From the human T2T-CHM13v2.0 reference genome, Homo sapiens: a stretch of 64,000 nt of DNA. Every line of letters begins with the position of its first letter. Within the stretch, counting starts at the first letter, position 1. Shown here piece after piece: positions 56,123 through 64,000 of the stretch. A program made the translations under genes and the position numbers. The stretch is from NCBI RefSeq assembly GCF_009914755.1, contig NC_060925.1. One strand, written 5' to 3'. The notes under the pieces were generated by a model. It did no database searches, had not been told where the DNA came from, and worked only from the letters and a program-made list of their open reading frames with translations.

Positions 56123-57366
56123 ACCCTTTTTCCCTCAAATGGGATTAACCATCCTTGTTATAATGGCTTCCTAGGGCTAGCATGAAGTATAAGTGAAATA
56201 ATAAAAAATCAAACTGCTTGGCACTTAGTACATGATTAACCAATCTTACTGCCTTTCTCTCCTTTTTTCCTTCTTGCCTTAAAACTGTGGCTCCTTTATT
56301 AACTGCAGACTGACCCCCATATTAGAACTTCTGTACCCGAAACCAAGAAACCCAGTTCCTATCTCTAGCCCCCATCTCTGCTGAAAATCCTACCTAATGT
56401 CCGGAGAACCCAGTGCATATACCTGAATCCCAGCCATCTGTTGCCAGAAGCCAGATCTCCAGATCTCCTGGCATCAGATGTGTATCTGCTTGCCCCACAC
56501 TCATTGATTGAAGACAGGGAACACTGATGCTGCATCGTCCACACTTGCTGGGGCCTCTCCATTTTCCTCTTGTGACCCCTTGCTGGGCCCTATCCAGCTT
56601 CCCTGACATTGACACCCACTTACCTGCACACTCTCCTGTCACCTGCCATGTGGACATCTTCAGATCACGTGGCTGAACTCCTCCAGCTCTGTCAGGTGTC
56701 TAGGATCCAGTCATCTTGGGAATGATTGCATCCTGGTTATAACATGTTTTGGAATTTACTTTTCAGTTTTATGTACCACTAGGGACTGGTGTATTTGTTT
56801 GTTTGTTTGTTTTTGAGATGACGTTTTGCTCTTGTTGCCCAGTCTGGAGTTCAATGGCGCGATCTTGGCTCACCGCAACCTCTCTGCCTCCCGAGTTCAA
56901 GCGATTCTCCTGCCTCAGCATCCCAAGTAGCTGGGGTTATAGGCATGCACCACCATGCCCAGCTAATCTGGTATCTTTAGTAGAGATGGGGTTTCTCCAT
57001 GTTGGTCAGGCTGGTCTTAAACTCCTGACCTGAGGTGATCTGCCCGCCTCAGCCTCCCAAAGTGCTAGGATGTCAGGCGTGAGCCACTGCACCTGGCCTG
57101 GGACTGGTCTTTTTATTAGGACTTCAGAAGAGTTCCAGTCCTTGTAAGATGGTGACACAAAGCTTAGGAAAACCATCTCTTTGTTCCATATTTGCTGAAA
57201 AGAATGTTCAGACTGGGCATGCTCATGTCAGATTTGCAGAGCAAACTTATCAGAACCTCTGCTCAGGTCTGTTAACTAATATATCAATGGAAAAGCTGAT
57301 GTTGGCCGGTTATGGTGACTCACACCTGTAATCCCAGCACTTTGGGAGGCTGAGGCAGGCAGATCA

Positions 57367-57615
<249 letters not shown>

Positions 57616-58360
57616 CTAAATAATTACAAAAGTGTAGGCAATTTGAACAGAAAATAAAGAATTTAGAATCAAGAAGGAATGCTTTCTGCAGAGATCAATA
57701 GAGGCATAGGCCATTCCTTTCAGAATTAAATGGGTATAGCCAAATAATAACTTTATGTCTAAAAGGAAGGATGTCTGTCAGTGCTTCCCTCCTTTGAGCT
57801 CCCACAGAATTATGCATAGACCTCTGTTGATGTTATATCACTCTGTGCTACCTTTTTTTGGGATCTCTCTCCATCTAGACTTGGAATTTCTCTAAAGTAT
57901 TTTCAACAAATTATGTTCTACAAACATTAATTGGCATCTGCCCTGTGCATCCAGCCCAGTGTTAGGTCTGAAGAATTTTTTTAAAATGAGTTAGATGTGG
58001 ATCCTGCCTAATCAGCATCCTGGGGGTGATGGGAGATGCTAATTAACTGTTTTGGGCACTGAATTGATTAGATCTTTGGATTCTATTTTGGCTCTTTCTC
58101 TGTGTTCCTGGAATAATCATTAAGTCATTTCAAAAAGAGTGATGGTGGAGGGAGAGGGTATTAGGACCTGAGGAAAGTTAAGGGAAAGTAAGGTTCTGTG
58201 GTCATTTGATAAGAAACAAAAGTCTAGCAGAGAAATAGAAGGGACCAAAGTGAGGCAAGTTTAGAAAGAACTGATGACTTTATGGACAAGGAGGCCAGAT
58301 GGCAAGTACAGAGTCCAGAGGCTTCTCTAACCCCTTCTCTTGCTCTTTTTCTTCTTAAAG

Positions 58361-58564
58361 GAAAAGCTGTTTTTCTGGCAAGAGATAAACATCACCTCTC
58401 TGACATCTGCCATCTGATCCGCCACGATGTGCCCTACCTGTTCCAGAAGTACGTGAAGGAGTCCCATGGAAAGGACATCCGGGTGGTGGTGGTAGGGGGC
58501 CAGGTCATAGGCTCTATGCTTCGCTGCTCCACTGATGGACGGATGCAGAGCAACTGCTCTCTCG
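58361..58564 (+). CDS. RIMKLA: RIMKLA coding exon 4 ([12 protein letters not shown]...[21 protein letters not shown]...MQSNCSL)
   Basis: Long pyrimidine tract then taaag|G; donor G|gtaagg; 204 nt; RimK Q.Y....G.DIR..VVG motif. Confidence 0.96.
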
Positions 58565-59345
58565 GTAAGGTATAAAAGCACAGGGTTTTATTAGGGTATT
58601 TGGACCCATTCAGCAAATGTATATCGATCCCTACTGTCTTGTCAGACCCTCTGCTAGACACCAGGATCTCACAGATGAGAATGAGGAACAAACTCTTTCC
58701 TATGGCAGCAAGCAATCCTGGAGGGGAGCGTACAAGTGTAAGCGCTGTGGCAGAGGTCAGGCAAGGAGTGTCAGGACATGGAGGACTGAACGCTGTCCTC
58801 TAGGTGTTAAGACTTAAAAAGGGAGTGACATGAGGACCAACGTTGGAGAAAAACTCCCATCTGGGTAAAGGATGGAATGATGGCATAAGATGGGAGGCAG
58901 GGAGATGAGATTTGAAGCTGTTGCAACAGCTCAGGCAAAAAAAATAATAAGAGTCTAAAGTGATGACAGGAGAAATATATTTTCCTTTTATATTTTAATG
59001 GAAATGTTTTCCTTTTTGTATGATGTTATTAGAAAGCTACAGTTTATGCTTTGGTCGAATGCATAAACCCATCCCATTAACCCATTGATAAAGTTTGTTA
59101 TCTGTTGTACTGAATGGAGATACTTCAAGAGGGATGTAAGTTCTTGTCCCCATCACAGAAAGCTATTGTCAACCTCACTGAATGAGTTTATATGTTGGTG
59201 ATAGGAAAAAAAAAATCACAATCACTAGTTATTATTTCCTAAATCACCATATGAGTATACCAAGTCCAGTGACTAATAAAGAGGCTTAGACACTGTCTGG
59301 CACTTCTTTCATTGATAGTCATTGAGCATTTCCAGGAACAGATTA

Positions 59346-60346
<1,001 letters not shown>

Positions 60347-60718
60347 CATTTTCATGATCATGCTTAGTGCCAAAGTGTTGAACCTTGTGTGTGTGTTATC
60401 ATTTTGACTTTTTTAGTTACCTTACAAAATCCATTCATTAGTAACCACGTGGCTTTATAATTTATCCATGTTGCTTTTCTTGGTGAGCTGTTTTAAAACC
60501 GTTTTATAGCCTTTTTTAGATACAGTGTCATAGGTGGGAAGGGACATTGTTAAGGTAAAGACACTAGTTATTCGACCTGAGAATACAATTCTTAAATCTT
60601 TCCAAGGAGACTAACTGGAGAGAAATCTGAAGTCCTAGCTTTTTAGCAAAGTAAGGGGAATTGGTCTCTGTCCTTGGTACAGGATTTTGTCTCAGTCCTT
60701 TCCATATCTCTCTCTCTC

Positions 60719-61202
60719 TTTTTTTTTGGTCCATTGAGGCATTTTATTTATAAATATTAATATCTATTACATCCCTAGAAAAATAATCCCAGGATTTTCC
60801 CACCTGTGTATTTTCATCTTACTTCTTCACAGGCCATGATGGCCATGATGCCAGCTGAGGTTGTCAGTACAGTGAAACCAAACTGATGGAATGGGAGCAG
60901 ATTATTCTGCCATTTTTCTAGATCTTCAAATTGCACATCAGACTGGGGCTGTTCACTCCCCACTTGTTTAACCTGCCTGTGAGGTTCACAACAATTTTCC
61001 CAGCTCTGTGATCATCAGTGATTTCAGATTTGCCAACGTAACTATGCTTTGTCATCAGTTAGAAACCAGATGATGACTTTGGAGCATGGCCTAATAAGAA
61101 CCTGGCGTTTGCCTCTTTTTGGCTTTGGTGATGCTCTTGAGAGCATCAGCCAGGACATTGACATGCATCATTCTGTCAGCACAGAAAGACGGAAGAAGGA
61201 GC
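60719..61202 (-). pseudogene. RPS15A: Processed pseudogene of ribosomal protein S15a (uS8), antisense within RIMKLA intron 4
   Basis: Minus strand gives [67 protein letters not shown]; intronless; ATG at 61171, TAG at 60777-60775; AATAAA at 60748-60743 and poly(A) remnant; frameshifts and a CGA>TGA at 60816-60814. Confidence 0.92.
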
Positions 61203-61293
61203 CATCTCTCTTCTTAAAAATCAATAAATTGGCCAGGTGTGGTGGCTTACCCCTGTAATCCCAGCACTTTGGGAGGCTGAGGCGGGCAGATCA

Positions 61294-61552
<259 letters not shown>

Positions 61553-62119
61553 TCATGAGAAGAATACATTCTCAGTGTAGAAAATTCGGAAAATATGGCC
61601 GGGCGCAGTGGCTCACACCTGAAATCCCAGCACTTTGGTAGGCCAAGACAGGTGGATCACCTGAGGTCAGGAGTTCGAAATTAGCCTGGCCAACATGGTG
61701 AAACCCGTGTCTACTAAAAATACAACAATTAGCTGGGTGTAGTGGCGGGCGCCTGTAGTCCCATCTACTCGGCAGGCTGAGGCAAGAGGAGAATTGCTTG
61801 AATCCAGGAGGCGGAGGTTGCAGTGAGTCAAGATCACACCACTGCACTTCAGCCTAGGTGACAGAGTAAGAGTCTCTCAAAAAAAAAAAAAAAAAAAAAA
61901 AGAAAGAAAAAAGAAAATTTGGGAAATACAGCAAAGTCAAATGAAAAAGGTATTTATCGTCCCCACCATTTAGAGACAACTACTGTTAATATTTTGGTGT
62001 CATATTCTTTACAGTCTTTTCTTCTGAGAAATCTCTTTTTGCCTAGTTATAGTCATATTGTATAGTCTTTAATCCCCTGTTTTCCCATGTAATTACAAGC
62101 TGTCTGTGGGCATTATTAT

Positions 62120-62432
62120 TTGTTTTTGGAACAGGGTTTTACTCTGTCATACAGGCTGGCGTGGAGTGGCATGATCATGGCTCACTGTAGCCTCAAACTC
62201 CTGAGCTCTAGGGTTCCTCCCACCCCAGCCTCCCAAGTAGCTGGAACTGCAGCTGGGGTGGGAGGAACCCTACAGCGAGCCACCATACCCACCTAGTTTT
62301 ATTTTTATTTTTTTGTAGAGATGGGGTCTCACTGTGTTGCCCAGCCTGGTCCAAACGCTTGGCCTCAAGCAATCCTCTCACGTCAGCCTCCCAAAGTGCT
62401 GGGATTACAGGCGTGAGTCACTGCACCCAGCT
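62120..62432 (-). mobile_element. AluJ-like element containing an internal inverted duplication
   Basis: Alu consensus interrupted at 62252-62276 by the reverse complement of 62205-62229. Confidence 0.88.
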
Positions 62433-62860
62433 GGTATTATTATTAATGGCTGTAAAATACACTGTTTTTCTCTATTGTGAGAGATTTAGATTATAATTTT
62501 TCATTTCTTCATTCAATATTTATTGAATATTTATTAAGTGCCCATCATGTACCTGGCTCCATGATTTGTATTTTAAATAATACTGCCATCAACATCTTTG
62601 TGCATAAAGCTTTTTTTCCCCCATATATAAGATTATTTCCTTGGTAGTAGGATGGCTGAGTCAGAGGAAATCAGCATTTTTAAGACTAGATAAAAAATGG
62701 CCGTATTGTTTTCCCAAGGTGTACTGATTTCCATCCAGACCTTTTGTGATTAATGATCGAGCCTCTCTTTCTGCCCCTCCTGGGCAGATCCCTGTCTCTT
62801 CTTTGAAGAGTCATCTGACTTCTCAGTTGTCACCTTTACATCACTGTGCTTTCCCCACAG

Positions 62861-63351
62861 GTGGCGTGGGCGTCAAGTGTCCGCTGACAGAACAAGGCAA
62901 GCAGTTGGCTATTCAGGTGTCCAACATCCTAGGCATGGACTTCTGTGGCATTGATCTCCTTATCATGGACGATGGCTCCTTTGTGGTGTGTGAGGCAAAT
63001 GCTAATGTTGGCTTCCTAGCCTTTGACCAGGCATGCAACTTAGATGTGGGTGGGATCATTGCAGACTATACCATGTCCTTGCTGCCAAATAGGCAGACTG
63101 GAAAGATGGCTGTCCTCCCAGGACTGTCGAGTCCAAGGGAGAAGAACGAGCCGGATGGCTGTGCTTCAGCTCAGGGAGTTGCAGAGAGCGTCTATACCAT
63201 CAACAGTGGGTCTACCTCTAGTGAAAGTGAGCCTGAACTGGGAGAGATCCGGGATTCCTCAGCAAGCACAATGGGGGCCCCACCCTCCATGCTGCCCGAA
63301 CCTGGCTACAACATTAACAACAGGATTGCTTCTGAGTTAAAACTTAAGTGA
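62861..63351 (+). CDS. RIMKLA: RIMKLA coding exon 5 (GGVGVKCP...GMDFCGIDLL...CEANANVGF...IASELKLK*)
   Basis: Acceptor ccacag|GT; TGA at 63349-63351; 491 nt; GID and E-x-N metal-binding motifs of ATP-grasp ligases; spliced total 1176 nt = 391 aa. Confidence 0.96.
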
Positions 63352-64000
63352 ATTCCTGCTTTTTGGCAGCATTTAAACCAAATCCTACTGCTTCCCTAGT
63401 AGTTTTGAGTGAATAAAATCTGGACTAATGTGATTTCATTTGCACAGAAACTAGAAATCCCATCTGGGCACTCAGCATTTTTTCTAACGATGATTTAAGC
63501 AAATGGCCTAGCTTTGTGGTTTTTACAAAGACAAATATAAAAACACTCAAGAACAACGTCCCGACTGATCAATATGAGACTGATGTCTGCTGTGAGCACG
63601 TGGATATTACGGCTGACGCTAAGGCACTGACTCTGCTGTTGCTTCTGACTTTTAGCAGTAGAACCCATTAGCTCAAAATGGCTCTTGGAATTATGTACTC
63701 AAAAGCAACCACGGGATGGAAGCATGTGCAGACGAGGTGGAATGTGACTGCAGTAATAGGTTCTTCACTAAGTGTGTGTGTGATGCTTGGAAAAGACACA
63801 GTTCAAACACTATTAGAGGATCGATCTCTGCTCCCCATCAATCACCATCTTGACCATATTTCTCCGACACTCAGGATATGGTGTTTTAGGGAGCTTCCTC
63901 ATTAGCATTTTCAGTGAAGCACTTTGTAGAAAGTGAGATTGAACGTTCTTTGACTTCACAGGTTGGCAAATGTCCTGCTTTGTAACTGGGCCTTTCTACA
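63352..64000 (+). other. RIMKLA: RIMKLA 3' UTR (start; probably continues past the window)
   Basis: Unique, repeat-free sequence directly after the stop codon of the last exon. Confidence 0.8.
63412..63417 (+). terminator. Candidate proximal polyadenylation signal AATAAA
   Basis: Canonical hexamer 60 nt after the stop codon; usage not demonstrable from sequence. Confidence 0.35.

Noticed and set aside
58789-58810. REST/RE1-like GCTGTCC....GGTG motif (also a TCAGCACC half-site near 8040)
   Set aside because: Wrong spacing or missing half-site; cannot be called
63044-63340. 98-aa ATG-initiated alternative-frame ORF within exon 5
   Set aside because: Far from the 5' end, poor initiation context, no homology recognised

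Overview
Primate (human-like) genomic DNA, not prokaryotic. It holds the complete five-exon coding sequence of RIMKLA (N-acetylaspartylglutamate synthetase A, RimK/ATP-grasp family) on the + strand: 29318-29480, 47781-48011, 52889-52975, 58361-58564 and 62861-63351, totalling 1176 nt (391 aa + stop). A CpG-island promoter lies at ~28.7-29.7 kb and the 3' UTR starts at the window end. About 28 kb upstream is intergenic and repeat-rich. Roughly 50 Alus, L1/L2/MIR remnants, MaLR/ERV1/ERVL solo LTRs and a MER1B DNA transposon fill the rest. Intron 4 carries a full-length antisense RPS15A processed pseudogene. I see no evidence of a new multi-gene system. The best second-look items are: (i) three symmetric phase-1 internal exons that could circularise into stop-free ORFs; (ii) several short locally templated insertions or inversions; (iii) a chimeric tandem Alu right-arm array; (iv) the Met-Cys N-terminus. 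Repeat subfamily names come from recalled consensus sequences and repeat boundaries are approximate.
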